NCBI GenBank assembly: GCA_963734005.1
Contig: CAVTFS010000012.1
Coordinates: 127,322 to 191,321 of the forward strand
DNA from: an uncultured Actinomycetota bacterium
Lineage (GTDB): Bacteria > Actinomycetota > Actinomycetes > Propionibacteriales > Propionibacteriaceae
Reading direction: 5' to 3'
Length of the DNA stretch: 64,000 bases
Part shown: piece by piece, positions 52,206-62,757 of the stretch
How the letters are laid out: every line of letters begins with the position of its first letter
Numbering within the stretch: position 1 is the stretch's first letter
Program-made: the position numbers and the translations under genes
Notes under the pieces: generated by a model
Database searches by the model: none
What the model was told of the DNA's origin: nothing
The model's input: only the letters and a program-made list of their open reading frames with translations

Positions 52206-52853
52206 ATGCCGAAGCTTCGCGTCCACAATTTCAGCGTCTCCCTTGACGGCTACTCCGCTGGGCCTAACCAGAGTGTCGACAACCCGCTTGGTGTCCGCGG
52301 GGACCAGCTCCACAACTGGGCGTTCGGAACCCGCACATTCCACAAGATCTTTGGAGAGGAGGGCGGCGAAGAAGGCGTTGATGATCGTTTCGCCGCTGCT
52401 GGCGAGGAGGGGTTGGGCGCAACGATCATGGGCCGCAACATGTTCGGGCCCATCCGGGATGACTGGCCCGACGATGAGTGGAAGGGCTGGTGGGGGGATG
52501 ACCCGCCGTACCACCATCCGACATTCGTGCTTACCCATCACCCACGCGAATCGATCACGATGGAGGGCGGGACCGTCTTCCATTTTGTGACCGATGGCAT
52601 CGAAGCAGCACTGGAGCGGGCGTACCAGGCGGCGAACGGGCAGGACGTCCGGCTTGCCGGTGGTGCATCGGCGATTCGGCAGTATCTGCGTGCCAGGCTG
52701 GTCGATGAAATGCACCTGGCATACGCGCCGCTGTTGCTCGGCAGCGGCGAACGGCTCTGGGAGAACCTGGACCAGGCGCCAAACGGGTATGAGATCGCCG
52801 AGTTCGTCGGAACTCCTGCGGCACTTCACGTCCGTTTCGTCCGGAAGGCCTAA
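52206..52853 (+). CDS. Dihydrofolate reductase-family (RibD_C) protein
   Basis: SVSLDGYSAGP, IMGRNMF, WKGWWGDDPPYH, LVDEMHL..PLLLGSGE; AGGAGG RBS. Confidence 0.9.
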   Translation: MPKLRVHNFSVSLDGYSAGPNQSVDNPLGVRGDQLHNWAFGTRTFHKIFGEEGGEEGVDDRFAAAGEEGLGATIMGRNMFGPIRDDWPDDEWKGWWGDDPPYHHPTFVLTHHPRESITMEGGTVFHFVTDGIEAALERAYQAANGQDVRLAGGASAIRQYLRARLVDEMHLAYAPLLLGSGERLWENLDQAPNGYEIAEFVGTPAALHVRFVRKA

Positions 52854-52964
52854 GTCACCCTGAAAAGCCGGCATCGGAAGATCAGTATTGCCGCTGGCGT
52901 ACCGGTGAAGGACCCCGCCCTTGCGCCACGGCGCCGTCTTCGAGCCAACGAAGATCGACTCGTC

Positions 52965-53843
52965 TCATCCACCCCGCCGCGTTGCGAGATCCACGGCCCG
53001 CTCTGCCAGGTTTGCCGCGCCGAATCGCTCGGCGACCAGGCCGAAACGCTTCGTCGGCCCCTTCCACAACCAGTCCTCGACGGTGCCGACGTCGATATCG
53101 GTGACAGCCGTCGCCAGACGGACGAACAGTTGTGCCAGCTCCCGGTTCTCCCGCAGCGCCGAGGCGAGCGTCGCCTGGTTGCGGACCGTCGGCACGTTCC
53201 ACTGCGCGGCGTCGTCAGGGATCGCGTCGACCGTGCCGTAGGAGGCCAGCAGCGCCGCCGCCGTCTTCGCTCCCCAGCCCGGTATGCCAGGGTAGCCATC
53301 AGCGCTGTCACCTACTAGCGCTAGCCAGTGCGGCACCGAGGCCGGCGCGACTCCGAACTTGGCGTGCACGCCGGCCTCGTCCATCCACTTGTCGTTGCGC
53401 CGGTCGTACTGGACGACCCGGGTTCCACGCACGCACTGACCGAGGTCCTTGTCCGGGGTGATGATGACCACCTGCTCCACCGCTTCATCGCGATCGGCGA
53501 CGGACGCAGCGGAAGCCAGGGCGTCATCGGCCTCGTACTCGACCATTGCCCACACGGTGACACCCATCGCCTCCAGGGCGTCCTCGACGACGGGCAGCTG
53601 GGCGAGCAGCACCGGGTCCATGCCCGCGCTGGTTTTGTAGCCCGGCCACATGTCGTTGCGGAAGCTCTCGATGACGTGATCGCTGGCCACAGCCAGGTGG
53701 GTCGCGCCATCGCGGAGCAGCTGCAGGGTGGACGTCAGCACACCGACGGTGGCGTCATGCGGTGTCGGCTGCTTTTGGCGCCGGGCGTAGCCGAAATGCT
53801 GCCGGAAAAGTTCGTACGTGCCGTCGATCAGATGGACCCGCAT
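52965..53843 (-). CDS. Stand-alone 5'-3' exonuclease / flap endonuclease
   Basis: LIDGTYELFR, FRN..WPGYK, YEADDAL, PDKDL, LVGDSADGYPGIPGWGAKTA. Confidence 0.9.
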   Translation of the reverse strand: MRVHLIDGTYELFRQHFGYARRQKQPTPHDATVGVLTSTLQLLRDGATHLAVASDHVIESFRNDMWPGYKTSAGMDPVLLAQLPVVEDALEAMGVTVWAMVEYEADDALASAASVADRDEAVEQVVIITPDKDLGQCVRGTRVVQYDRRNDKWMDEAGVHAKFGVAPASVPHWLALVGDSADGYPGIPGWGAKTAAALLASYGTVDAIPDDAAQWNVPTVRNQATLASALRENRELAQLFVRLATAVTDIDVGTVEDWLWKGPTKRFGLVAERFGAANLAERAVDLATRRGG

Positions 53844-53911
53844 CAGACCATCTTGGTTGACGGTGGCTGCCCCGGAACTCGGGGGACCTGCTGGCCCGGG
53901 CCACGCCCGAG

Positions 53912-54568
53912 TTAAGGGCTGTCCTGCCGAACCCCGAGCCCGGCGTCCCGTGCTCGCAGGATCGCCTGAGCCCGGTCGGCCACCTGGAGCTTGGTAAAGA
54001 TCGAAGACAGATGGTTGGCGACGGTCTTCGGCGACAGGCCGAGACGGGTCGCGATCATGGAGTTGGACATTCCCGTGGCGAGCAGGTCGAGGATCTCCCT
54101 TTCCCGCGCAGTCAGCTCGGGAAAGGGATCAGCCGTTGGTGTGGGAGTGGCAAAGAACCGCAGCACCCGCTGAGCAACGCCGGGTCCGAAGATCGCCTCG
54201 CCAGAGGCGACGGCCCGGATCGCCCGGCCAATCTCCTCCTGCTCGGCGCCTTTCACCACGTAGCCGCGTGCACCGGCGCGCATCGCAGCGAACACCGAGT
54301 CGTCATCGTCGAACATGGTCAACACCAAGACGGCGACCTCAGGTGCGACCCGGGCGATCTCTCGAGTGGCCGCGAAGCCATCCTGGCCAGGCATCTGCAG
54401 ATCGAGCACTGCCACATTCGGGCGCTGCAGCACCACCTCGCGTACAGCCTCGCGTCCGTCGGATGCAACGCCCACCACCTCGATACCTTGCAAAGATCCG
54501 AGGAGCGCAGCTAGGCCCGCGCGTACCACGGGATGATCATCAGCCAGTACCACACGGATTTCGCTCAT
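53912..54568 (-). CDS. NarL/LuxR family response regulator
   Basis: VLADDHPVVR, VLDLQMP, LTMFDDD, LTAREREIL. Confidence 0.95.
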   Translation of the reverse strand: MSEIRVVLADDHPVVRAGLAALLGSLQGIEVVGVASDGREAVREVVLQRPNVAVLDLQMPGQDGFAATREIARVAPEVAVLVLTMFDDDDSVFAAMRAGARGYVVKGAEQEEIGRAIRAVASGEAIFGPGVAQRVLRFFATPTPTADPFPELTAREREILDLLATGMSNSMIATRLGLSPKTVANHLSSIFTKLQVADRAQAILRARDAGLGVRQDSP

Positions 54569-56550
54569 GACAGTGGAAACGAGGCCACAACTTGACCCCC
54601 GGTCGGTGTCGGCCCTGCCTGGAACGACCCGCCGAGCTCCGCCGCCCGCTCGCGCATCGCGTCTAGGCCGACGCCCGGGGCCCACGCGCCATTGGGCGGA
54701 CCGTCGTCGGTGATCGATAGTTCGAGTCGCTCGTTGCAGCGCAGCCGGACCATGGCGCCCGTGGCTTGGGAGTGACGTACCACATTGGTGAGAGCTTCGG
54801 TCGCGATACGGTAGGTGGCCACCTCAATCGCGGCTGGCAAAGTCGACACCTCTTCGGGAACGTCGAGTCGAACGTGCACGGACTCTCCATCAGCTCGCCA
54901 GGCAAGCTGGTCGGCTCGCTGCCGCAAGGCTCCAACTAGCCCGAGCTCATCAAGCGCCGGCGGTCGGAGATTGTCAACCAGCCGACGTACGTCGGCCAGG
55001 GCGGCTCGCGTGTCGTGACGCAGAGTGGTCAACAGGCGCCGCGACTGTTCGGGATCATCGTCCATGGTGTTGGCAGCGGCGTCGGCGGCAAACGCGACAC
55101 CGGTCAGTGTTGGACCGAGCCCGTCGTGCAGTTCGCGGCGCAATCGCCGCCGCTCCTCTTCTCGTGCTGCAACGATCCGCTCTCGAGACGCCTGAAGTTC
55201 CTCGGAGACAACGGTGGATTGCACCGCCACAGCGACCGGATCGGCAAGCATTGCCAGCGCTCGACGATCGGCGGCTGCCAGCTCTCGCTCACCCGGACGC
55301 AGCCCGACCATCAGCTGGCCGGCCGACTTGCCGCCATGGGTGAGCGGCCAAGGATGAATGCTCTCTGGCGGCTCACCGTCGCTCGCCAGGACCTTGCCTT
55401 CTCGCTCGATCGCGAGATAGGGGAGCCGCAAAGCGGAACGGACCGTCGTGACCACTCCCTGCAGGCCAGCATTTGGCGTGGCCAGCTGCTCGCCCAGCCG
55501 GGAAACCACGCGTGCTGGGTCGCCACGGTCGCCATAGATTGCACCGGCCACGAGCCGTTGCAGCCGTGGCAACAAAGGCGCGGCCAACAAGACGAGCAGC
55601 ACCGTGACCAGAGCCGACCAGCCAAGCCGCGGGGCGGTGAAGCGATCAAGCAGCGCAACCAGACCCGCGTACGCGACCACGACCGCCAGTAACAGCATGA
55701 GCCATGCCAGCAACCGAGAGACGACCAGACGGATGTCCAGGAGCTGATGACGCACGATGGCTACGGTCACCGCAATCGGGATGAGCGGGATGGCGAAGAG
55801 CACCTCGATGGGCGTGCCGGCGACCAAGCCCCAGGGCAAGATCACGATCAACGCCACAAGGACAGCCAGCAGCAGCCACAGGAGTTGGCGGCGCTCGACC
55901 TCAGATCCCCGCCGGTAGCGGACCGCCAGAGCGGCCAGACCAAGACCCAGCGCAAGGAGGCCGCGTATCTCGGTGGCGGTCCAGAGCGGTTGCAGGGCGG
56001 CGTAGCCAGAGAAAGTGAGGAAGCCGACCGGTATCCCAGGTTCGATCGGCTCAGGACTCGTGCCCATTTCCATCGCAAACAACGGCGCGGTGACGATCAC
56101 CGCCACAACTACCCACCACCACCGCGCAGACGGGGGACGGCCATCGGGGAACAGAAGCAGCGCCAGCGGCAGGCATAGCCCGATCGACCACGGCCATGAC
56201 CATGCGAAGGCGGTCACCGCCAAGCGCTGGGCGATCAGTGGGACGTCCGACGCGATCAGTACCTGGATCGAAGGCGCCGCAACCGCCGTTGTCGCGTGAG
56301 CCATGCCGGCGGCCACAAATAGCCAGCCGATCGGGTTGTGGGGGCGGTGCCATGTCAGGATCCCGCCACACGCGGCAAACACTGCGCCCATCACGCTGTT
56401 GGTCACGACGAACGCCTCAAGCGCATCCCGCCAGGACCAGCCGATGACGATCGACAGCACCGCAGCGGTCAGGACCTCGGCAATAGCGAGTCCTGCCAAG
56501 ACGGCGCCGAGCCACGGAGCCCACTGGCCCGAGCGCTCGCGCGTCGTCAT
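54565..56550 (-). CDS. Membrane sensor histidine kinase (HisKA_3)
   Basis: Multi-TM N-terminus; EERRRLRRELHDGLGP, EALTNVVRH, GVGL..MRERA. Confidence 0.93.
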   Translation of the reverse strand: MTTRERSGQWAPWLGAVLAGLAIAEVLTAAVLSIVIGWSWRDALEAFVVTNSVMGAVFAACGGILTWHRPHNPIGWLFVAAGMAHATTAVAAPSIQVLIASDVPLIAQRLAVTAFAWSWPWSIGLCLPLALLLFPDGRPPSARWWWVVVAVIVTAPLFAMEMGTSPEPIEPGIPVGFLTFSGYAALQPLWTATEIRGLLALGLGLAALAVRYRRGSEVERRQLLWLLLAVLVALIVILPWGLVAGTPIEVLFAIPLIPIAVTVAIVRHQLLDIRLVVSRLLAWLMLLLAVVVAYAGLVALLDRFTAPRLGWSALVTVLLVLLAAPLLPRLQRLVAGAIYGDRGDPARVVSRLGEQLATPNAGLQGVVTTVRSALRLPYLAIEREGKVLASDGEPPESIHPWPLTHGGKSAGQLMVGLRPGERELAAADRRALAMLADPVAVAVQSTVVSEELQASRERIVAAREEERRRLRRELHDGLGPTLTGVAFAADAAANTMDDDPEQSRRLLTTLRHDTRAALADVRRLVDNLRPPALDELGLVGALRQRADQLAWRADGESVHVRLDVPEEVSTLPAAIEVATYRIATEALTNVVRHSQATGAMVRLRCNERLELSITDDGPPNGAWAPGVGLDAMRERAAELGGSFQAGPTPTGGQVVASFPLS

Positions 56551-56593
56551 AGCCCAAGTTTGCGCCGAACACCCTCCCGGTGTCCCGGGAAGG

Positions 56594-56615
56594 TTTCCCG
56601 ATTAGGCCGGGGAAG
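56594..56615. promoter_or_regulatory. Candidate response-regulator sites in the divergent promoter (GGGAA-ggt-TTCCC and nearby GGGAA; position approximate)
   Basis: CGGGAAGGTTTCCCG palindrome between the kinase and the divergent membrane-protein operon. Confidence 0.35.
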
Positions 56616-56726
56616 CTCCTGACTTTGTGCGGATGATCCGCTCATCCGCCGAGCCTGCCTGGGGCCCGACAGTTGAGACGTCCGGCCAAGTGGGTCGGAA
56701 CAAGATCTCGAGGAGGCTATCTAGAG

Positions 56727-57086
56727 ATGACTCGTCAGTATCGCGCCGGGCTCATCGTGCTCGGCCTGTTGTCGCTGGTGGATCTGGCTGGGCCGCTGAT
56801 CACTGACGGCCAGCATCCGCCGATGGTGATCGCGTTGATCGGCGCCGCGCTTGGCTTGATCAGCATTGTCTTGGTGATCTTGGCATGGTCCGGCCGGCTG
56901 GCTGCGGCGATCGCGCTGGTAGTGCTGCGCTTGCTGTCGGCTCTCACGGCGGTGCCGGCGTTCCTGGAACCGGGCGTGCCAACGGGTCCGATGATCGCGG
57001 CTGGTGTCGGAATTGGGCTCACCGTGGTTGGTGCTGCTCTTGTGCTCGCCGGTCTGCGGCGTCCGGCCGTCGCGAGTGCGCGATGA
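56727..57086 (+). CDS. Small membrane protein
   Basis: GAGGAGG RBS; four hydrophobic segments. Confidence 0.75.
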   Translation: MTRQYRAGLIVLGLLSLVDLAGPLITDGQHPPMVIALIGAALGLISIVLVILAWSGRLAAAIALVVLRLLSALTAVPAFLEPGVPTGPMIAAGVGIGLTVVGAALVLAGLRRPAVASAR

Positions 57087-57796
57087 CCGCGGTCGATCGA
57101 GCCGCGCCGGAGTCACGCACCGCCGAGCCGGAGAGAACCGGACGCGTGCGGCGGCTTACCGGAGCACTCGCGCTGATCCTGGCACCGTGGGGATTCGTCA
57201 TCACAAACGCCAGCTATGCCTGGATAATCCGCAATGGTGGAAGCGACGAGACGGGAGCGCAAGCTCTGTCTCTCGCAGCAACTGGCCCAGAGCTGCTTCG
57301 GCTCTGTGTCGTCGCTGGAATGATCGGGTGCCTGCTGATCATCCCGGCCGTGATGACGGCCTTGAGCCTGTCCCGGCGGTCGCGGATGGCCTTCGTTGGC
57401 GGATCCTTGATGATTGCCGGATACGTCTGCTACTTCGGTGTGCTGCTGAGCAACGTGATCATTATTACGATGGCAGAACGCGGCGGGCCGCTGGCCGACT
57501 ATGCCGCCGTGATCGATGCGAGTCAGAGCGATGCGTCGACTGCCTGGGTGTTCCCGATCTTCATCGTGGGAAACCTACTGGGAACGCTGCTCTTCGCCAT
57601 TGGCTTGTTGCGCAGCCGCGCGGTGCCCGTCTGGTCGGCGATCTTGATCATGCTCTGGCCGCCGTTGCACATCAGCGGGTTGATCATCGGCGGCGAGGTG
57701 CTCGAGGTCATCGGCGCCGTGCTGCAGGCAATCGGATTTGCCGGGATAGCGGCTACAATCCTTCGTCACTCGCGTCAAGAGGTGTCCGTAAGGTAA
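57083..57796 (+). CDS. Multi-pass membrane protein
   Basis: About six TMs, ATGA-coupled; GLLRSRAVPVW motif. Confidence 0.75.
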   Translation: MTAVDRAAPESRTAEPERTGRVRRLTGALALILAPWGFVITNASYAWIIRNGGSDETGAQALSLAATGPELLRLCVVAGMIGCLLIIPAVMTALSLSRRSRMAFVGGSLMIAGYVCYFGVLLSNVIIITMAERGGPLADYAAVIDASQSDASTAWVFPIFIVGNLLGTLLFAIGLLRSRAVPVWSAILIMLWPPLHISGLIIGGEVLEVIGAVLQAIGFAGIAATILRHSRQEVSVR

Positions 57797-57801
57797 GCGG
57801 T

Positions 57802-58794
57802 ATGGAAGAACGCGTACTCGGTCGTACTGAGCGTCCAGTCTCCGTGATCGGACTCGGCACGTGGCAGCTCGGTGCGGACTGGGGCGAGGTGAGTGAGACG
57901 GCGGCGCTGGAGGTGCTCGGCGCCGCTGTCGAGTCTGGAGTGAGGTTCTTCGACACCGCCGATGTCTACGGCGACGGTCGTAGCGAGCGACTGATCGGGC
58001 GGTTCTGCGCCGCCAATCCCGAGTTAGCGATCATGGTCGCCACCAAGATGGGCCGACGGGTTGATCAGGTGCCCGAGAACTACACGCTGCAGAACTTCCG
58101 CGCATGGACGGACAGATCGCGGCGCAACCTCGGTATGGACCGACTTGATCTTGTCCAGCTGCACTGTCCGCCGACGGCTGTGTACTCCCAAGATGAAATC
58201 TACGACGCACTGGACACGCTTGTGGCCGACGAAGTGATCGCCAACTACGGGGTAAGCGTCGAGACCTGCGACGAGGCGCTCACGGCGATCTCCAGGCGTG
58301 GCACGGCGACAGTCGAGATCATCCTCAACGCCTTCCGCCGCAAGCCGCTGGATGCTGTGCTGCCGTCGGCAAGCAAGAACGGGGTAGGGATCATCGCCCG
58401 GGTTCCGCTGGCCAGCGGCCTGCTCAGTGGGGCGTATACGACCTCGACCAGGTTTGCCGAGAATGATCATCGCAACTTCAACCGCACCGGCCAGGCGTTC
58501 GACGTAGGCGAGACCTTCTCCGGCGTCGACTTCGAGACCGGCGTACGTGCAGCGCAGGAGTTTGCTGATCTTGTTGCGAGGTTGCCGTTCCAGACGACGC
58601 CGGCACAGGCGGCTCTGGCCTGGGTGGCGCAGCAGCCTGGCGTGACGACGGTGATACCGGGTGCGCGTACCGTCGCGCAGGCCACAGCCAATGCGGCGGC
58701 GGGCGAGCTACCGCCGCTCGGCGACGACTTCATGGCCGGCGTACGCGAGGTGTATGACCGGGAGCTACGAGCCACGATCCATGATCGGTGGTGA
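57802..58794 (+). CDS. Aldo/keto reductase
   Basis: IGLGTWQLG, FFDTADVYG, DLVQLHCPP, RVPLASGLL. Confidence 0.92.
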   Translation: MEERVLGRTERPVSVIGLGTWQLGADWGEVSETAALEVLGAAVESGVRFFDTADVYGDGRSERLIGRFCAANPELAIMVATKMGRRVDQVPENYTLQNFRAWTDRSRRNLGMDRLDLVQLHCPPTAVYSQDEIYDALDTLVADEVIANYGVSVETCDEALTAISRRGTATVEIILNAFRRKPLDAVLPSASKNGVGIIARVPLASGLLSGAYTTSTRFAENDHRNFNRTGQAFDVGETFSGVDFETGVRAAQEFADLVARLPFQTTPAQAALAWVAQQPGVTTVIPGARTVAQATANAAAGELPPLGDDFMAGVREVYDRELRATIHDRW

Positions 58795-58800
58795 GGCCAC

Positions 58801-59775
58801 CTAGCTGGAGGAACCCCTCTCTGGGACCGGGCTGAGGCCGTTTGCAGCACGTACGGTGGGGGGATCTTGATCTACGGGCTCGGCGGCCCCCAAGACCGGC
58901 ACCTCGGGCGCCCTGGCCAGCTGCTCCTTGACGTCCGGCAAGGCAACGCTTTCGGATTCACCGGTGCGCTTTTCGGCAGCCTGAGCTGGGGAAAGCGCCG
59001 AGGCAAGGTTGGTGTTGCTTTCCAGGAATCGCAGCAGCTCGACCGGGAAGGGCAGTACGAGGGTGGAATTCTTCTCTGCGGCCACCGAAACGATGGTCTC
59101 CAGCAGCCTCAGCTGGAGCGCGCCCGGCGTGTCGGCCATCCTGGCCGCGGCTTGCGCCAGCCGGTCGGAGGCTTGCAGCTCGCCCTCGGCCGAGATAACG
59201 CGAGCCCGCCGCTCCCGTTCCGCCTCGGCCTGGCGGGACATCGACCGCTTCATAGTCTCCGGCAATGCCACATCTTTGATCTCGACCCGATCGATGTGGA
59301 TGCCCCACTCGACGGCCGGATTGTCGATCATCAGCTCGAGTCCTTCGTTGAGCCGTTCCCGATTGGTCAGCAGATCATCCAGATCGCTCTTGCCGATGAT
59401 CGAGCGCAATGACGTCTGAGCTACCTGGGAGACAGCGAACGGATAGTCCTCGACATTGATGACTGCTCGCACCGGATCAACGACACGGAAGTAGACAACC
59501 GCATCCACTTTGACGGTCACATTGTCACGTGTAATCCCGTCTTGCGCGGGCACCGCCATCGTCACGATCTGCAGATTGACCTTGTGCAGCCGATCGGCGA
59601 TGGGGACGATCATGGCCAGACCTGGGCCGCGTACCTGATCAAGGACCCGACCAAACCTGAAGACCAGCCCACGCTCATACTGCTTCACAACTCTGAGGCT
59701 CACCGCGGCGGCTGCGAGAGCCGCTCCGCCCAGCACCGCTAACACCTCGAACAACATCACAACCTCCAACGTCAA
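58801..59775 (-). CDS. SPFH/Band 7 stomatin-like (slipin) protein
   Basis: YERGLVFRFG, ITRDNVTVKVDAVVYF, QTSLRSIIG, QAEAERERRA. Confidence 0.92.
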   Translation of the reverse strand: MTLEVVMLFEVLAVLGGAALAAAAVSLRVVKQYERGLVFRFGRVLDQVRGPGLAMIVPIADRLHKVNLQIVTMAVPAQDGITRDNVTVKVDAVVYFRVVDPVRAVINVEDYPFAVSQVAQTSLRSIIGKSDLDDLLTNRERLNEGLELMIDNPAVEWGIHIDRVEIKDVALPETMKRSMSRQAEAERERRARVISAEGELQASDRLAQAAARMADTPGALQLRLLETIVSVAAEKNSTLVLPFPVELLRFLESNTNLASALSPAQAAEKRTGESESVALPDVKEQLARAPEVPVLGAAEPVDQDPPTVRAANGLSPVPERGSSS

Positions 59776-60049
59776 CCCCCGCAGCCGGCTGAGGAAGGTC
59801 CTTGCATGGAAACCAGCCCGAGGTTGATCGCTGCCTCCACGGTAAGTCGCGGCTTGTCCGGATCAAGGCCTTCCAGACCACACATTCCCGATCCTCGAGT
59901 GGTCAAACGCCTCGGTCTCGACCTGGAATCAATCCGATCCGCCTTTACGAGAGAACTGCCGACGAATTGCGTCTCTGAATCGATTCAGCTCCGCCGTTTT
60001 GCCCGCGGTTTGCTTGAGCCTCTCAGGCGAGCTTCGTGCGCATCAGAGA

Positions 60050-61066
60050 TCAGGTCTTGGCCGTCACGTGCTCACGCAGCGCGGGCATGATCGTCTCGCC
60101 ATAGACCCGAAGCGTCTCTTCCTTGTTGTCGTGTTGCAGGTAGCCGGCGAACTGGTCGACTCCCACGTCTTTCAGCTGCTTCAGCTTGGCAATGTGATCA
60201 TCGGCCGTGCCCAGCACACAGAATCGATCCACGATCTCGTCCGGCACGAATGCGGTGTGAACGTTCCCCGCCTGACCATGCTCGTTGTAGTCGTAGCCCT
60301 CGCGGCCCTTGATGTAGTTGGTCAGTGCCTGAGGAACTTCACCGGTGTCGCCGTATTTCGCGACAATGTCGGCCACGTGGTTGCCGACCATGCCGCCGAA
60401 CCAGCGGCATTGGTTCCGCATGTGCACCCAGTCCTCACCGACATACATCGGAGCGGCCACGCAGAAGGTGATCGCGTCGGGGTCACGTCCGGCATTCGAA
60501 GCTGCCGTACGCACCGAGTTGATCATCCACGCGGCGATGTCGACATCGGCGAGTTGCAAGATGTAGCCGTCGCCAATCTCGCCAGCGGCCCGCAAGGCCA
60601 TTGGTCCGTACGCCGCCAACCAGACCTCCAGTGTTGAAGTACGCGCCCACGGGAACTGCAGCGTGGAGCCCTTGTACTCCACAGGGCGGCAACTGGCCAG
60701 TTCGCGGATGACGTGGGTCGCGTCGCGCAGCTCGCGGACGGTTGTCGGCCTGCCGTTGGTGACGCGTACGGCGGAGTCACCGCGGCCAATTCCACAGATC
60801 GTCCGGTTGCCGAACATCTCATTCAGGGTTGCGAACAGTGACGCAGTTACGGTCCAGTCCCGAGTCGCCGGGTTGGTGACCATCGGACCGACCATCACCC
60901 GGTTGGTACGCGCCAGGATCTGGCTGTAGATCACGTACGGTTCCTGCCACAGCAGGTGAGAGTCGAACGTCCACACGTAGTCGAAGCCGTGCGCCTCCGA
61001 CAGTTCGGCGAGCTGAACTGTACGCCACGCCGGTGGGTTGGTCTGCAAGACGACGCCGAAGTCCAC
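60050..61066 (-). CDS. TIGR03842-type LLM F420-dependent oxidoreductase
   Basis: MDFGVVLQT, WTFDSHLLWQEP, GPMVTNP.TRDW, GIGRGDSA; directly downstream of hydA. Confidence 0.88.
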   Translation of the reverse strand: MDFGVVLQTNPPAWRTVQLAELSEAHGFDYVWTFDSHLLWQEPYVIYSQILARTNRVMVGPMVTNPATRDWTVTASLFATLNEMFGNRTICGIGRGDSAVRVTNGRPTTVRELRDATHVIRELASCRPVEYKGSTLQFPWARTSTLEVWLAAYGPMALRAAGEIGDGYILQLADVDIAAWMINSVRTAASNAGRDPDAITFCVAAPMYVGEDWVHMRNQCRWFGGMVGNHVADIVAKYGDTGEVPQALTNYIKGREGYDYNEHGQAGNVHTAFVPDEIVDRFCVLGTADDHIAKLKQLKDVGVDQFAGYLQHDNKEETLRVYGETIMPALREHVTAKT

Positions 61067-61134
61067 CCTTTATCTCCTCTCCTCGCGCATCGCGCTGGTA
61101 GCCGCCGACGTCGTCGTCGACTCGCGAACGAAAG

Positions 61135-61315
61135 ACATGTTCGCTCGCTCCTGTGTATTTTGCTCGCTCCGCTCGCTGAGGCTGGCGCCGGTCAGCCGCT
61201 GCCTTCCTCACTCGCTCGCAGACGAAATGTGTGTCTGCTCGCTCGTTCGTCCAGGACAGCGGCGCGCCAGCCTGGCTCCGCTCGGCGGCGCGCGATTTCC
61301 GACGCTCGGAGAGGG
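61135..61315. repeat. Structured intergenic element rich in CTCGCTC motifs (REP-like)
   Basis: Nested inverted repeats (AGGCTGGCGC/GCGCCAGCCT, GCCGCTG/CAGCGGC, GCAGAC/GTCTGC) inside an operon. Confidence 0.5.
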
Positions 61316-61322
61316 AAAGTGC

Positions 61323-62744
61323 TCATATCAGATATTGGCTCAGGTCACGCTTCAGGTACTGACCGTGGCCCTTGCTACCGAGGAAGCCGGAACCGTCGAT
61401 CAGCACAGTGCCGCGGGACATCACCCAGTCCACGTGGCCGTCGATCTCGAACCCCTCCCAGGCGGAGTAGTCCATGTTCATGTGGTGCGTCTTCTCATAA
61501 CCGATCGAGGTGTGGCCTGCCGGGTCATAGATCACCAGATCGGCATCGGCACCCGGCTGAATCACGCCCTTCTTGCCTTGGAGGCCAAACATCAGCGCCG
61601 CAGTGGTGGAGGTCAGCTCGACCCAACGGGGCAGCGAGATCTGGCCAGTGACCACTCCCTGGTACATCAGATCCATGCGGTGCTCAATTCCCCCGATGCC
61701 GTTGGGAATCGCCCGGAAATCATTCAGCCCGAGCTCCTTCTGTTCCTTCATGCAGAACGGGCAGTGATCGGTGGAAACGATCTGCAAGTCGTTGGTCCGC
61801 AGCGCTTGCCACATAGCATCCTGATGACCCTCGGCACGGGCCCGCAGCGGTGTGGAACACACCCACTTGGCCCCCTCGAAGCCGGGCGCGCCAAGTTGAT
61901 CTTCCAGGGAGAGATAGAGGTATTGCGGACAGGTCTCACCGAAGACGTTCTGGCCCCTGTCACGAGCCGCAGCCAATTGCTCGACCGCTTGCTTGGCGCT
62001 GACGTGCACCACGTAGAGTGGCGCGCCGGTCAGGTTGGCGATCATGATCGCGCGATGCGTCGCCTCCTCCTCCATCTGCCAGGCCCGCGCGATCCCGTGG
62101 TAGTAGGGCGATGTCTTTCCGGCCGAATACAGCTGCTCGGCGAGGACATCAATCGCGGGGCCGTTCTCGGCATGCATCATCGTCAGCAGCCCAGTCTCGG
62201 CCGACTTTTGCATCGCCTTGAGGATCTGTGCGTCGTCGGAATAGAGGACACCCGGATACGCCATGAACAGTTTGAAGCTCGTCACGCCCTCGTCGATCAA
62301 TCCGTCCATCGCTTTGAGCGAGAACTCATCGACACCACCGATGATCTGGTGGAATCCGTAGTCGATGCAGGCGTTTCCGGCGGCCTTGGCGTGCCAGGTT
62401 GCCAACCCCTCCTCCACCCGTTCGCCGTAGCGCTGCAGGGCGAAGTCGATGATCGAGGTGGTGCCGCCCCAGGCGGCGGCTCGAGTACCGGTCTCGAATG
62501 TGTCGGAGGCCTGGGTGCCGCCGAACGGCAGTTCCATGTGCGTGTGTGGGTCGATGCCTCCCGGGAGGACGTACTTGCCCGTGGCATCGACGACGGAGCC
62601 GACGCTCTCTCCAAGATCAACTCCGAATAGGCTTGATCCAGGACTGAGCACGGCGGCAATGGTCTCGCCGTCAACCAGCACGTCGGCAGCAGCAGAACCC
62701 GCGGCATTGATCACAGTCCCATTTTTGATCAAGGTAGTCGTCAT
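61323..62744 (-). CDS. hydA: Dihydropyrimidinase
   Basis: PGGIDPHTH, AAWGGTT, SFKLFMAY, HAENG, ETCPQYL, STDHCPF. Confidence 0.95.
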   Translation of the reverse strand: MTTTLIKNGTVINAAGSAAADVLVDGETIAAVLSPGSSLFGVDLGESVGSVVDATGKYVLPGGIDPHTHMELPFGGTQASDTFETGTRAAAWGGTTSIIDFALQRYGERVEEGLATWHAKAAGNACIDYGFHQIIGGVDEFSLKAMDGLIDEGVTSFKLFMAYPGVLYSDDAQILKAMQKSAETGLLTMMHAENGPAIDVLAEQLYSAGKTSPYYHGIARAWQMEEEATHRAIMIANLTGAPLYVVHVSAKQAVEQLAAARDRGQNVFGETCPQYLYLSLEDQLGAPGFEGAKWVCSTPLRARAEGHQDAMWQALRTNDLQIVSTDHCPFCMKEQKELGLNDFRAIPNGIGGIEHRMDLMYQGVVTGQISLPRWVELTSTTAALMFGLQGKKGVIQPGADADLVIYDPAGHTSIGYEKTHHMNMDYSAWEGFEIDGHVDWVMSRGTVLIDGSGFLGSKGHGQYLKRDLSQYLI

Positions 62745-62757
62745 TGGATTCTTCCGA

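Noticed and set aside
52965-53843. Anti-phage nuclease
   Set aside because: An ordinary PolI-like flap endonuclease with no defence-type neighbours.
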